Program-made: the position numbers and the translations under genes
Shown here: piece after piece, positions 36,850 to 50,150 of the stretch
How positions within the stretch are numbered: the stretch's first letter is position 1
Layout of the letters: every line of letters starts with the position of its first letter
NCBI RefSeq assembly: GCF_001194135.2
Contig: NC_068995.1
Span: forward strand, 32,721,351-32,785,350
Reading direction: 5' to 3'
Length of the DNA: 64,000 bases
Origin: Octopus bimaculoides
Lineage: Eukaryota
Notes under the pieces: model-generated
Databases searched by the model: none
What the model was told of the DNA's origin: nothing
Seen by the model: the letters and a program-made list of their open reading frames with translations, nothing else

Positions 36850-37715
36850 GAACACAATGCAGCAATGGATTACTGACTGGGAACTCAAGCTGGTTGTGGA
36901 CAAGTGCATCACCATGCATTTTAGGAAGAAAAACCCAGCTTTTACATATTCTCTCAACAACACTAATCTTAAAGAAGTCTTGTAGTGAATATCACCTGGC
37001 TATTATTGTCAACAGCAATCTGTGTTGGACAACCCACATCTGTAAGATTGTCAAGAAAGCTGAGGGTGTCTTAACATCACTCAGCAAGACCTTTGTTTCC
37101 AGCAATCTATTATAATCTATATATGACTATGGTATGTCCACACTTAAAGTTTGCATCACCTGTCTGGAAACCCTATCTTACTCAGCATATCATCTCCTGG
37201 AAACTGTTCAGAAATGTGCAACCAGATGAATACCTGCCATCAGGTATCTACCTTCCTTGTTTCTTCCCTGGGCATGGACACATTAAAGCTCAGACATCTG
37301 GCAACTGGCTTGGTAGACATCTACAAGATTATCCACCATCTTTCCAACAACAACCTTAGGTACCTTTTTGAATTCCATATGTCTTACACTTGTGGACATG
37401 CATACAAAATCAAAAAACAACACAGCACCCATGACTTTTGGAAATTTTTTTTCATACACAGTATTTGGCGTTAGGAAGGGCATCCAGCTGTAGAAACTCT
37501 GCTAAATCAGATTGGAGCCTGGTGTAGCCATCCGGTTTCACCAGTCCTCAGTCAAATCGTCCAACCCATGCTAGCATGGAAAGCGGACGTTAAACGATGA
37601 TGATGATGAGTATTGCTGAAGCATGGAATAAATTACCTCTATCAGTTGTTAGCTGTCAAGACACTATATCCTTCAAAACTTCTATGCTTCCTAAAATTTA
37701 CCAACAATACACCTG
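36850..37715 (+). mobile_element. CR1/L2-type LINE 3' relic interrupted by an RTE tail
   Basis: Fragments WELKLVVDKCITMHF, NSNLCWTTHICKIVKKAEGVL, YMTMVCPHLKFASPVWKPY and TCGHAYKIKKQ, then FFFIHSI|AEAWNKLPLSVVSCQDTISFK. RTE tail at 37466-37608 with TSD agtatt. Confidence 0.88.
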
Positions 37716-38269
37716 ATGCCTCCCACCCCTGTTCCTCCTTTCTTTCTTTACTTTTTAAAGACTTTTTCACTGTTCACTTCCTGTGCATATTCTATGTACT
37801 GTTCATGATGTGGAGTGGTTGGCATTAGGAAGGCCATCCAGCCATAGAAACCATGATGATGTGTGTTAACGACAAAAAGTGGTACACAACACATTTGGCA
37901 GGAGTTACATATATTTCAAATAAATAAGTTTCACTCAGTTCCATATGACTTAACAGCATTGTGGGTACATACAAAGGACCCATCTCATTAAAAGCCAGAA
38001 ATAGGGTCTTTTGATATCTGCTGAGATGGGTCCACCCTATGCACCCATGAATCTCTAAGTCACATGAAGCTGAGTAAAAGTGTTTTTAAAATATACTACA
38101 TATGTGTATGTGTGTGTGTATATGTGTATGTCCAACAATGATTTAAGCGAGCCGAAACTTTAAACTCACTGTCAACGATATTCTTGTATAAGAATGATAA
38201 ATTTGTATTCAACAAAGTATAGAGTAATCTATCAAGATTAATGTAAAATTGTTTGTGTGTGCGTGTATA

Positions 38270-39355
38270 TACAAGGTGCAAGGGGCATTTGAGGACATTT
38301 TGTTTTTAGTTCATTACACCTTCAAATTATTTAATGTAGCATTTTTTTTTTCAGTAACCCTTTCAAGATATCATGCTAACTCAAGAAATGAAAAGACATG
38401 CAGTCATAGTTGCTATACATGCTAACCACAATGATTTAGAAATTAGCAAAATCATTTCTACACAAAGTTCAGTTGGAATTGGAGGCATGTGATGGTAATG
38501 TTTCATCTGTATCAAAGAGAAAAAAACATTCACAATGTTAAGACACTAAAAGGACACTGGAATTTATACAACATGTTCAATACATTATCAATGAAAACCC
38601 CAGAAGATCAATGAGGTCCATTGCTAAAGAACATTGGGTGTCAAAGTGGACTATCAGAACTGTGGTACATTGTAACATTTGATATAAGTTCTATGTAATG
38701 AGGAAAGGCCAATTCATGTTTGTAAAGGTGCAGGAAAACTGTCCTATCTGTTCAAAACGGTTATTTAACAAAGTGAAAAACCCTCAAGTTTTAGTTTTTC
38801 TCTGACGAACAAAACTTTGACCAGGATCAAAAGTCTAACAGAAGAAATGACAGGCAGTTATGTACAGATCTTTCTAAAGTACCTAGAGTGATGCACACAA
38901 AATTTCCAGCAACTGTGATGGTTTTAGGAGTAGCAAAGGTCATGTGATGCCTCCCCACTTTTTCCACTGGGTCTTAGAATTAATGCTACTGGATACATTG
39001 AGGTACTGGAAACTGTTATCAAGCCCTGGATTGATGAAGTATGCAATGGAAGGCCATACTTGTTTCAACAAGACTTAGCACCTTCTCACAAAACCCTAGT
39101 CACCCAAGAATGGTTGTCAGACAATCTTTACCATTATGTAACACCCAATATATATGGCCTCCAAACTTGCCAGATTTGAACCTCATGGACTACTACGTGT
39201 GGGGAGACTAATCGTCATCCTCAAAGTTTCAGTGAAAGCCGCCATTGTTCAGGTGATGTCCATAATGAATAAGGACCATATAGTGTCAGCATGCCAGCAG
39301 TTTCGATCCTGCACTGAAGCAGTCATCAAAGCTAAAGATGGTTCCATAGAATAAT
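38270..39355 (+). mobile_element. Degenerate maT/DD37D-like Tc1/mariner transposase
   Basis: Fragments MKRHAVIVAIHANHNDLEIS, INENPRRSMRSIAKE, HTKFPATVMVLG, YIEVLETVIKPWIDEVCNGRPYLFQQDLAPSHK and WPPNLPDLNL...YYVW, with frameshifts and stops. Confidence 0.88.
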
Positions 39356-39617
39356 TTGCTTAAAAAATCATTATCAAGATTAATTGCCCAAATGTTTATT
39401 CAAATATATATTTATTTATGCTGAAATATAGTTGTTTTACTGTATANNNNNNNNNNNNNNNNNNNNNNNNNNNNNNNNNNNNNNNNNNNNNNNNNNNNNN
39501 NNNNNNNNNNNNNNNNNNNNNNNNNNNNNNNNNNNNNNNNNNNNNNNNNNNNNNNNNNNNNNNNNNNNNNNNNNNNNNNNNNNNNNNNNNNNNNNNNNNN
39601 NNNNNNNNNNNNNNNNN

Positions 39618-39652
<35 letters not shown>

Positions 39653-39935
39653 ATGGGACTGAGTTTCTTCCTTAAAAAAAATTTCAAACAGTTCTTTTCT
39701 TGGTGACAAAGTTTTTTGAATATAGTTTTAGTTTCTGTCCAGATGTTGGTGGGAGTGTTACAAACCTATACACACATCCATGTGCACATACACAGACACA
39801 CACATGCACACAAATATAAAGTATTAAATACAAGTTGGGATAGGTCAAAATAAAAATAAATAGAATAAACATTCTAAAAAGAAAGAAAGAAATTGTGTAC
39901 TATTCTATGAATTTTACATTTTAAGTAAGAGTAGG

Positions 39936-39973
<38 letters not shown>

Positions 39974-41521
39974 TAACATGTTTTCCCAGGTCACATGGGT
40001 TGTATGGTTTCACTGGAATTGGCTAGGGAGAAGACTACACTGTCTGTTTTGGCAGGGGTTTTATAGCTGGATGCCCTTCCTAACACCAACAACCTTACAG
40101 AGTGGACTGAATGCTTTTTCTGTGGCACCAGCATGCAGAATAGAATAGTTGGGTATGTTTGGGTGAGTTTTTATGATGGTCAGGGTCAGGTCACAGTGAT
40201 ATTTACATTCCTGTGGAAGTGATGATTGCTCCAACTCCACAAATGATTGCCATCTCCTTGTGCTTCCTTGTTGTCAACTTTCCATCTATGACTTCTCGTG
40301 CACTTCCAACCAGTCAGGTCAGCACATGTTGCTACTCTTCCATCGTCATAGGACTTTCAGTTGATGGAATGATAAATGAAGTAATCATAAAGAGACATTT
40401 GTACACCAGTGGATTATTGTGATAAATGCTTGTACAACATGAATACTACTTACTGAGTCTCTGTGATAAGCACCAAGTGACAGGCCGAAGAGAGATGACC
40501 AGTAATCATGTGAAACCACAGGTTTTACATCAGTGTGTCCCTCTCCTAGAAGGATCTAGTGACAACAGCAAAGGGACCCTCACTCCCATTTTTTTTTTCT
40601 GCACACCCTGACACCATTCATGGGTATTTCTGCATCCCAACACTCTGACAGGTGCTACTACTCCGGGTCAGAGTTGACCTGGGAACAACAGTGGATAAGA
40701 GGTGGTTCCACCCCCTCAAAACCCAAGAACTCCTGAACCAGAGCCCCACTATTCCCGTGTAAGTAAACACACACATATGNNNNNNNNNNNNNNNNNNNNN
40801 NNNNNNNNNNNNNNNNNNNNNNNNNNNNNNNNNNNNNNNNNNNNNNNNNNNNNNNNNNNNNNNNNNNNNNNNNNNNNNNNNNNNNNNNNNNNNNNNNNNN
40901 NNNNNNNNNGAACTCCTGAACCAGAGCCCCACTATTCCCGTGTAAGTAAACACACACATATGCATACACACACACACTCACACACACACACAAAGTATCC
41001 AATACAAATTGAGACAAATCAAATTAAAAATAAATAAATGAAATAAAGAGAAAGGAAGAGATATAGATATACAGGCACAATTTCATGAGGTGAAATTTGC
41101 ACTTTAGACAATAGTAGTTCCTAAATATAATATTAATAATAATCCTCTCTATTACAGGTACAAGTCTATAAATTTTGAGAATGGGGTGTATAGTCAATTA
41201 CACTGACCCCAGTACTCAAATGCTATTTATTTTATTGTCAGCCCAAAGCACCCTCTATGGACTGATAGATGGTGCATTTCTAGCTCATCAGGTGACTTAA
41301 GTATCAAATACAAGAGAGGCAACTCTTGAGCTGACTAGCAAGCTATAGCTTTATCAGAAATCACAGTAAATGAGATTTACTGATTTGTGTGCATCAGCCA
41401 CCAGGCAATGGTGTTCTTATAACGCTTTACCTAAAGCAAGAATTTTTTAACCATGGTAAACTGCAGTGAAATAGCCTTTACAAGTTAAAAAACGTCCGAA
41501 ATCCCTAAGAGAAATGCTGAT

Positions 41522-41925
41522 CACAAAGTGGAGGGAGGTTGTGGAAGGAGACCCAGGAAGAGATGAGACGAAGTATTGAAAGCCAATCTCAAAACACTAA
41601 ACCTTACAAAGGAGATGACAGAGAACCAAGATATGTGGCACATTAGTATACTCGAGAAGACCTGCCCACCACAACGGAATTGAGATTCTAAAACCAAGGT
41701 GCCATGTAAAAAGCATTGGTGTGGGTGCCATGTAAAAAGCACTGGCGGTGATGTCACATAAAAAAAGCACCCAGTACATTCTGTAAAGTGATTGGCATTA
41801 TTAGGAAGGGCATCCAAAACAGACTATGGAACCTAGCATGGCCCCTAGCCTTGCCAGTTCCTATCAAGCCATCCAACCCATGCCAGTATGGAAAACGGAT
41901 ATTAAATGTTGATGATGACGATGAA
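41522..41925 (+). mobile_element. Older RTE 3' end
   Basis: ORF end KVEGGCGRRPRKR*DEVLKANLKTLNLTKEMTENQDMW, followed by the shared 3'UTR and (GAT)n tail. A related copy is at 58490-58765(+). Confidence 0.75.
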
Positions 41926-43736
41926 CTAATTACTTTACTTTCAATCATTGCTTCATGCTACAACTTTGTCTTTATATCAGCCAAGTGGGATATGCACACG
42001 AATCATTAAACGGTATTTACTGATTTTTTCACAAAGTTAAAAGCTTCTTGGTCATCTCAGAGTCACCTCTCTTGGTATCCAATACTGAAGACAGCTAACA
42101 AGCTAGAAAATCAGTATCTATCAGTCCACAGAGGACACTTTAAGGTGACAATAGTGTTGTTACACCTTTGTAACTAGTCCAAATCCTGCTTCCACAGTCA
42201 AAAAGCAAAGTACCAGTCTTGTATTAGGGATTAATAAAATTGTTAGTGCAACAGATGAAATACTTCGTGTTCCAGCTTTTCATGCTCTGAGCCCAAATCT
42301 TGTTATTACCTACTTGGGTGGTAGACCACCTGGTGCCTTGGGTACTTTTAACAAACTCTATTCTATTGCAAGCATTCAGGCCAGCTCTCTGGTTTGAGCT
42401 TTAGAGGCCCAGCAAAGGGGTCATGGGAATTACCCTTCCATACTGTCTAAGCAACAAAAGAATTCCTCTTTCAATCGGCAACATCTGTTCAACACCATAT
42501 AATATTCTATTCACAAACATATTGATTTTATTTCTTAAGTGTCTTACAACTTAACAATTGCCAATTGTCTTGAGAAAAGATTTTTCTGTGATCTTTTTAC
42601 ACATGAATAAATTGCTTGAATACTCACAACATATAACATATGCACATAGGATACAGGTGTGAATATCATATAAATGCTTGTATGAATATTATATAAAAGT
42701 TTATACAAATTAGGAATGGAATATTATATAAAGGTTTGTATGAATTGGGGATGTAAATATCAAGTTTTGGAATTTTTTTTTATTACATATTCATAAAAAC
42801 TGTTTTCATGAACCAAAATTGGGCATAAAATGCCATTTAATTTTGATGAATTGCAATTTGAGATTGAATTTTCATTTTAGTTTTGATTTCACTTTTCAGT
42901 TTTGGTACGTGGTAATAAAAAAAATTAAATCTTATGAAACAGAGACTTCAAATTCAAAAGTGTATTTTTTTTAATAGCTAAAATGACATTTCTATTACAC
43001 TATTTTGTGGTGTGAGATAATCTCGTTACACAACACTCTCATGGTATCTACCATAATACAGTTCATTCTAATCGAAAATCCACACTTAAGTGGGGATAAA
43101 CGTTGTTGTTTAATCCCAGATCAGCTCCTATCAAGAAGACCTATGATCAAAAGCATCCCAAGTGACCATCCAATCATACTTTTAGACAAAGTAGGTGTAA
43201 GACTACATCCAACATGTCCATCACTTTTTCTTGAATAGTTGTGTGATTTGAGGGAGATTTCATTGCTATTTCTAACAGGTTGAATATCATGTATAGGTTA
43301 CTCTCATTGATTCAGATAGGAATCAATGTTGTTTAGCCAAAGTTAACTGTCACTGAACCAGACCTACTGGGGTGCTAAAATTCATTTCAGTGAGTTTTAG
43401 GAATACAAAATAAACATCACATGCTTTGTAATACCATTCCAGATTTACAGAGGAGTGCTGGTTTATTTGACTTGACATTGAAGGGGTACAGGACTAACAA
43501 AATATTAAGAAATATTGATCCAGAAGCTCCTTCACTGGTTTGTAGAATGAGAGGTAGACTCATAAAAAGGGCATTAGCAGATGGGAGCTGAATTTAAATG
43601 CCATTAAGGTAAACTTTTCCTCTCAATTTTCCAAGAAGAGTAAAATAAGAAACCAGTTTCATACAGAGGTTGATATAATTGACTTTACCCTTCCACAAAC
43701 TGTGTAACCTTCAACCAATGACTGCCAGAAATCACT

Positions 43737-43771
<35 letters not shown>

Positions 43772-44454
43772 AATGATGACAGTTTGAAATTTTGGCATAA
43801 GGTTAGCAGTTTAAGTCAATTAGATAGTGCAGTAAATCTTCTTTTTCATGATGTATTTACATTGAGCATGACACACAGATGACTATTTTACATACATGCA
43901 TGCATGCACACACACACACACACACGAGAGAGAGACAGACTGACAGACAGAGACAGAGATATGCTGCAACTCATATTCTGTTGCCAACTATAAGTCGTAT
44001 TCTGATGCACCACCTATGTATCATATGGTATAATGTCAACTACACATGAATGCTAACAAAACATCTCCAACAGATAATGTTGATACACTTTACAGTAACA
44101 TATGGATGCTGACTAAATATTTGACAGCAGATGCCAATTAAACATCAACAAATAGACACCTACCACCAAACTTCCTCATTTTAGCAGCCAAATCACAATA
44201 TTACAGACCAAAGTTCTTTTGTGTCTGATAAAAGTTGAATCTTAGCTGCCAAACATTAAAAAGACTCTGAAAATACATACATACGGTCTTTATGGACATA
44301 GATATTTACACACTTATTTGTGCATGTGTGTAAATGTGTGTTCATCTGCCTGAAATCCTACTTTCTCTCTATTTCTATTTTCAGTTTTAACCAACTCCTT
44401 TTCCTATCATGCTCTTTCTATACACATCAGAATGGTTAATATTTGACTATTCAC

Positions 44455-44763
44455 CACAGGGTCCATATAAGATTTTTGGGAGTCCATGCAAGCAAAATAG
44501 TAAATTGGGGACCCATAGTAATATATTAAGGGCCCAGGAAAAAGGTTTGCTTTAGGTGTAGTTATTGTAAGAAACAGCAAGATTTCTTACTCTAACATTT
44601 TACATAGTTCAATCTACCCAAGTGAATGTGTGAAAAACAAAATAGGAATTCTGAAAGACGTATCTATAAAACTAATTTTTAAACATTGAATGGTTATGGG
44701 AGTTTACCAGAATAAAATAGTAATCAAAGGGATCCATGGATTAAAAACAGTTCAGAACCACTG
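44455..44763. mobile_element. Possible hAT/Charlie-type MITE
   Basis: Right end gttcagaaccactg is the reverse complement of cagtggttctgaac, a Charlie-like terminus; the left end is degenerate. Confidence 0.4.
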
Positions 44764-45088
44764 ATTTAAATGCTCCTTGCATTGATCATGTTAATATTAA
44801 TGTAGCTACTGTTTATGTTTGGGTTATCCGTTCTCCATACAGTTCCAAAATTGAAACCAAATACTGCTACACTGTTAGGGACAGATCCTACATTATCTCC
44901 AGGAACTATTATTTCCTGTCAAGCTTTGTCAATAAGTTTGAACAATGAAAGACATTCTTTCCTTCACAGTCTTAAAAAAAGAAAATAACCTGCACCAATC
45001 AAAACTCTCCCAATTAGTAAGTTGTCAAACAGGAACTTTCAGTTGTCCTCTATGTCACGTAATTCTTTCTCCTTGTCAAATGCTTCAG

Positions 45089-45330
45089 TTAGGTCTTCTC
45101 TAAATCTCTGCTGTTTGATGAATCTCTAGGCACCCACATCTTTGTTTCCCAAACCAGTCTGTTTCTAGCTTTAAGTCTAAAGTTACTAAGCATTAACCTA
45201 TGTTGGATTGTACATTCTTCACCAGGAAGAGACTTTGCATTTACAAGCATCTGTCTGTCCCACTTTCTGGTAAAAATATAGAATGTAGCCAATCTAGCTT
45301 GCATAGAGCATATGTCTACATATCTCTGCT
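45089..45330 (-). mobile_element. RTE APE-endonuclease C-terminal relic
   Basis: YIFTRKWDRQMLVNAKSLPGEECTIQHRLMLSNFRLKAR resembles IDYIL...SQHRL. An RT C-terminal relic (KGRVYDASVQTAMLHGSEMWAL) lies on + at ~45940-46280. Confidence 0.7.
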
Positions 45331-45891
45331 CATTGGTTCAACCTTTTATTGTGCAGACATTGACTGTGACAGACATAATGTTGTGTGTTTGGAAAGAAGA
45401 GTGGGAAGACAGTGGGGGGCTATCATCTGTGTCCGAATGGAAGAAGGAGATTTGTATGAACACCTGCCAGCTGGTGGAGGGTTCTTGGGCTCTTGTACAT
45501 AACTAGTTTATGCAGTGAATTACAATTTCCTCAGTTTCCACAAACCTTCAGGACTTGCAAGGGGAAGGGAGAAAAAGGAAATGAGGCTGAAGTGGGGGTG
45601 GCTCAGGTTACAGACTAACCAGAAGAGAACATACGTATCTGGAGCAGTGGAATAATAGAAAGATTATAAGAGAAAGTAGTGTTTGTAGGTGGAAGATGCA
45701 CAGGAGCTATAAAAACTATGGATACTTAAAAAATTGATTTTATGAAATGCCCCAGAGGCTCCTAAGAAGTAATGGATAATTTCTACTACCTAAGGAACCT
45801 AATTAGCAGCATGGGAGGATGTATGGAAATGTAATTGCTAGAATAACAGTAGGAGGAGAAAATTCAGAGAGCTTTTACTTCTGTTGGCAAT

Positions 45892-45944
<53 letters not shown>

Positions 45945-47708
45945 GAAAGGAAGGGTGTATGATGCAAGTGTACAAACAGCAATGCTACATGGTAGTGAGA
46001 TGTGGGCTCTGAATGCAAAGACTAGAGAAGAATGGAGCTAATGTGCTCCACTGGATGTGCAATGTCAGTATACATGTGTGACAGAACACCAATATATTGA
46101 CACAAAAGTTAGACATAAGAGAAATTAGATGCAGCGTGCAGAAGACTGTACTGGTTTGGTCATGTGATGTAGATGGATGTGAATAGTTGTGCAAAAAGTG
46201 GATGAACTCACTGAAGAGGAAGACCTAGGAAGACATGGGGACAAAGTACTGAAGACTGAACTCAAGACACTGAGCTGAAGGACTGAGATATCTGGTGCCA
46301 TCCACCACAGAAAAATTGATATCCTAAACTACCTTGGTTAATGCTTGTCTGTGAGGGGCTCTGCTCAATGCCCACTTGCATCCTCTCTGTCCTGTTAACC
46401 ATTTCTCCCCACCTTTCATCCCCTAACACCCATCATTTCTGTATCACCTGGGACCAGAATAGCACATACTACATCCCCTTGCTTTCTCAGTTACCTTCTT
46501 CACCACCCCAAAACACCATAATTTCCCATTACCTTCCACTACCTACTGTCCCCACAAATCACCTCCATTCTGTGCCTTATCTCACCTGTGTTGTTCTCCC
46601 TCATTAACATCTTGCTTACCTGCTATCATCCTCAATGCCTCACCTACCTACTGCAACTCCCACCCTTGAACCTCTCCTATACCATCATTTGTCTCAATCA
46701 CCTCTATCCTGCCCACCCACCCAGTCCAAACCACTGTATCACCCCACTTATTCTCACCATCCCCAATGTCCCTTGTGGGCAAGTCCCAACATACCTTCAC
46801 CACCACCTCTCTCACTATTGCTCTCTTCGTCTTACTCACTGATTCACCCACTCTCCTTTATCTTACTCTCTAACTCACCCACTTTTCTTTTTCAAACGGA
46901 ATATTCATGTATCTACTCTACAGTAGAATACCTATACCTGTTCCTCTATACCTCTAATGTCTCATCAATTGGCACAAAGCCACACCCCCTCCACTCACTA
47001 CTACTCCCTCCTCTTGCAAGTTAGTGCTGGTGCCACATAAAAAGCACTTCTACTGGTGCCACATAAAAAGCAGCTAGTACACTCTGTAAAGTGGTTGGCA
47101 TTAGGAAGGGCATCCAGCCATAGAAACCATGCCAGAACAGACAATGGCACTGGTGCAGCCCCCAACCTTACTAGCCCCTGTCAAACCCTCCAAGCGATGC
47201 CAGCATGGAGACCAGGCGTTAAATGATGATGATGATGCTGGTTGTCGTCATCATCATCATTTAACGTCCATTTTTTATGCTGGCATGGGTTGGACAGTTT
47301 GACCACAGCTGATAAGGCCAGGGGCCACACAAGGCTCCATGTCTTTTACTTGTTTTAGTCATTAGACTGTGGCCATGCTGGGGCGCTGCCTTGAAGAATT
47401 TTAGTCGAATGAATTGACCCCAGTACTTTTTGCCTGGTACTTATTCTATCTCTCTGTTGCCAAACCACTCAATTATGGAAACATAAACAAAACAATACTG
47501 GTTGTCAAGCAGAAGTGGGGGACAAACACAGATACAAAGACACACATGTGCAATGCAGTAGGATTGAACCCAGAACCATGTGGTTGAAAAAATATATAAA
47601 TATATATAAATTATTATTTATATAGATAGGGTGATAAATTGAATATTAATTCAATTTAAAACCAAGTGACCTAGCATATAAAGAAACCTGAAAATTCAGA
47701 AAAAATTG

Positions 47709-47960
47709 TATTACACGTGTATAAGGGATGACCACTAGGTGGACATCCAATATGCTAGAAAGAGGTCATCAACGACCCAACCACAAAGAAAAAATAATGT
47801 TCTCCAGAAAAATTTCGCAAAACACCAGAACAAAATGAGAAATATACAGAATAAAGAATTCTTTATTCTGTATTATTTTTCTTTGTGGTTGGGTCGTTGA
47901 TGACCTCTTTCTAGCATATTGGATGTCTACCTAGTGGTCATCCCTTATACACGTGTAATA
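47709..47960. repeat. Near-perfect long inverted repeat
   Basis: Arms 47709-47798 and 47872-47960 differ by 1 substitution and 1 indel. A perfect 30-bp palindrome sits at 47844-47873. Confidence 0.95.
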
Positions 47961-48270
47961 TAAATATATATATATCATCATCATTTAACATGTCTTCCAT
48001 CTGTATGTATATACATATACAGATGCATACGTATATACACCACCTATACAAGACACATACGTATATATGCTTCATATGCACACATAAAAGCAGAAATAGT
48101 TGGGGTAATGAGTTGCCAGGAGAATATAAATTCATGTATATCTCAGTAGAATAAAAGCAGTGGAGGTAGAGGTGGGAGTTTGGGAGAAAGAGATAAGAAA
48201 AATGAAGGTTGTCTTGCTGTTTAAGAGGGGTCTTTCTATTTAAATGCACTTGTTACTTGATGTATGTATT

Positions 48271-48327
<57 letters not shown>

Positions 48328-49779
48328 GGGTGAGAGACAGAGAGAGGGTGAGAGAGAGAGAGGGTGAGAGAGAGAGAGAGAGAGGGTGAGAGAGAGAGAG
48401 AGGGTGAGAGAGACAGAGGTGAAATGCTTAATGGTATTTCATTTGTCTTTACGTTCTGAGTTCAAATTCTGCCACGGTCGACTTTGCCTTTCATCCTTTC
48501 AGGGTCGATAAATTAAGTACCAGTTGCATACTGGGGTTGATCTAATTGACTGGCCCCCTCTCCCACAATTTCAGGCCTTGTGCCTAGAGTAGAAAAGAAT
48601 ATTTTGTACACTGGAATCTTGTCTTAAACAAAGGTAACTTTATTTCTTTTCAATGAAGCATTTTGTTTTGTCTCAAATACAGACTCAGACACTGAACATA
48701 TCTAAGGTTTTGGTAGAATGACACTATGGTAGAAGGCATCTGCCTAAGGTGTCATACCATATAGCAGGTTCAGTCCCACTGCATGGCACCTTGGACAACT
48801 GTCATCCACCATAGCCTTGGGCCAGCCAAAACCTTATGATTGGAATTATTACTAACTTATGAGTGATAGAATCTGAAAGAAGCCTGTCATGTGTGTGTGT
48901 GTGTGTGCATGCGTGCATATGTGTGCTTTGTGTCTGTGTTTGTCCCCCACCACCGCTTGACAACTGGTGTTGGTGTGCTTATGTTCCTGTAACTTAGCAG
49001 TTTGGCAAAAGAGACTGATAGAATAAATACCTGGCTTGAAAAAATAATGAGCGCTGGGGTTAATTCATGCCTCAGCATGGCCATGGTGTAATGAAAGAAA
49101 CAAATAAAAGAGAAAAGCAAAGATAATCATAGAAAAACCCTGTTTTAACTGCAAACCACTATGTAGAGGCTTTCTTCATTGGTAACAGTTGTGGTAATAG
49201 TAACAGTTGGTAGTAGTGCTGGAGGTGTTGTTGTTATTGTTGTTGCTGTTGGTGGTTGTGGTGGTGGCGGTGATGTTAATGGCATTAGCAGTAAGGATGG
49301 TGTGGTAACAATGGTTTCGAATTTTGGCACAAGGCCAGTAATTTCAGGGAAGGGGCAAAGTCAATTATATCAACCCCAGTGCTCAACTGGTATTTATTTT
49401 ATCAACCCCAAGAGGGTGAAAGGCAAACTTGACCTCAGCAGAGTTTAAACTCAGAACATAGGGACTGACAAAATGCCACTAAGCATTTTGCCTAGCATGC
49501 TGATGATTCTGTCAGGTCACTGCCTTATGGTGTGGTAATAATGATATTGATGTAGGTGGTGGTCACATGTCAGGGTTCCGAATTCACTCTGACTTCACTT
49601 GAAAAGAAACTGATCCCCCATCACAACCAAAAAGTGTTACCAGTCGAAAATTCATCAACCTAGGATATTATGCCTAAGGAAGAGATGCACACTGCCAAAA
49701 TCTAGGTGGGACAGTCTTCAGGTGTTCCTTAACTCTTCACATTAAATATTTTAACTCTAACTCTATTGTCTCTTCACCA

Positions 49780-50150
49780 ATTCATCATCATCAACATTTA
49801 ATGTACATTTTCCATGCTGGCACAAGCTGGATGGCTTGGCAAGAACTGACAAGGCCAGGTGCTATACAAGGTTCCATAATCTGTTTTGGGTATCTACAGC
49901 TGGCTGCCCTTCCTAATATCAACCACTTTACAGTGTACTGGGTGTTCTTTACATGGCACCATCACCAATGCTTTTTACATGGCACTAGGACCCACACCAA
50001 TGCTTTTTACATAGCACTAGGACCTACACCAATGCTTTTTACATGGCACTAGCACCCACACCAATGCTTTTTACATGGCACCAGCGCCCACACCAATACT
50101 TTTTACATGGCACCATGGTTTTAGAATCTCAATTCTGTTGTGGTGGGTGG
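49780..50150 (-). mobile_element. RTE-related 3' end with 32-bp tandem repeat
   Basis: tttttacatggcactaggacccacaccaatgc units start at 49972, 50004, 50036, 50068 and 50100 (last one partial). Confidence 0.7.

Noticed and set aside
40728-40961. 52-bp exact duplication on both sides of a gap
   Set aside because: Typical overlapping contig ends, so an assembly artefact.
41255-41295. Minus-strand CTGATGA-GCTA-GAAA hammerhead-like core
   Set aside because: Only 4 nt between the core motifs (no stem II) and no stem I/III with an NUH triplet; it is part of a dispersed repeat.
43443-43608. + strand AG/GT-bounded segment with a 49-codon open frame
   Set aside because: In-frame stop before the donor, no homology and no partner exons.
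44159-44269. Minus-strand exon with ATG AGG AAG TTT GGT G|gtaggt as a GBA first exon
   Set aside because: It encodes no signal peptide, no intervening hydrophobic phase 1-1 exon was found, and it overlaps repeat-like sequence.
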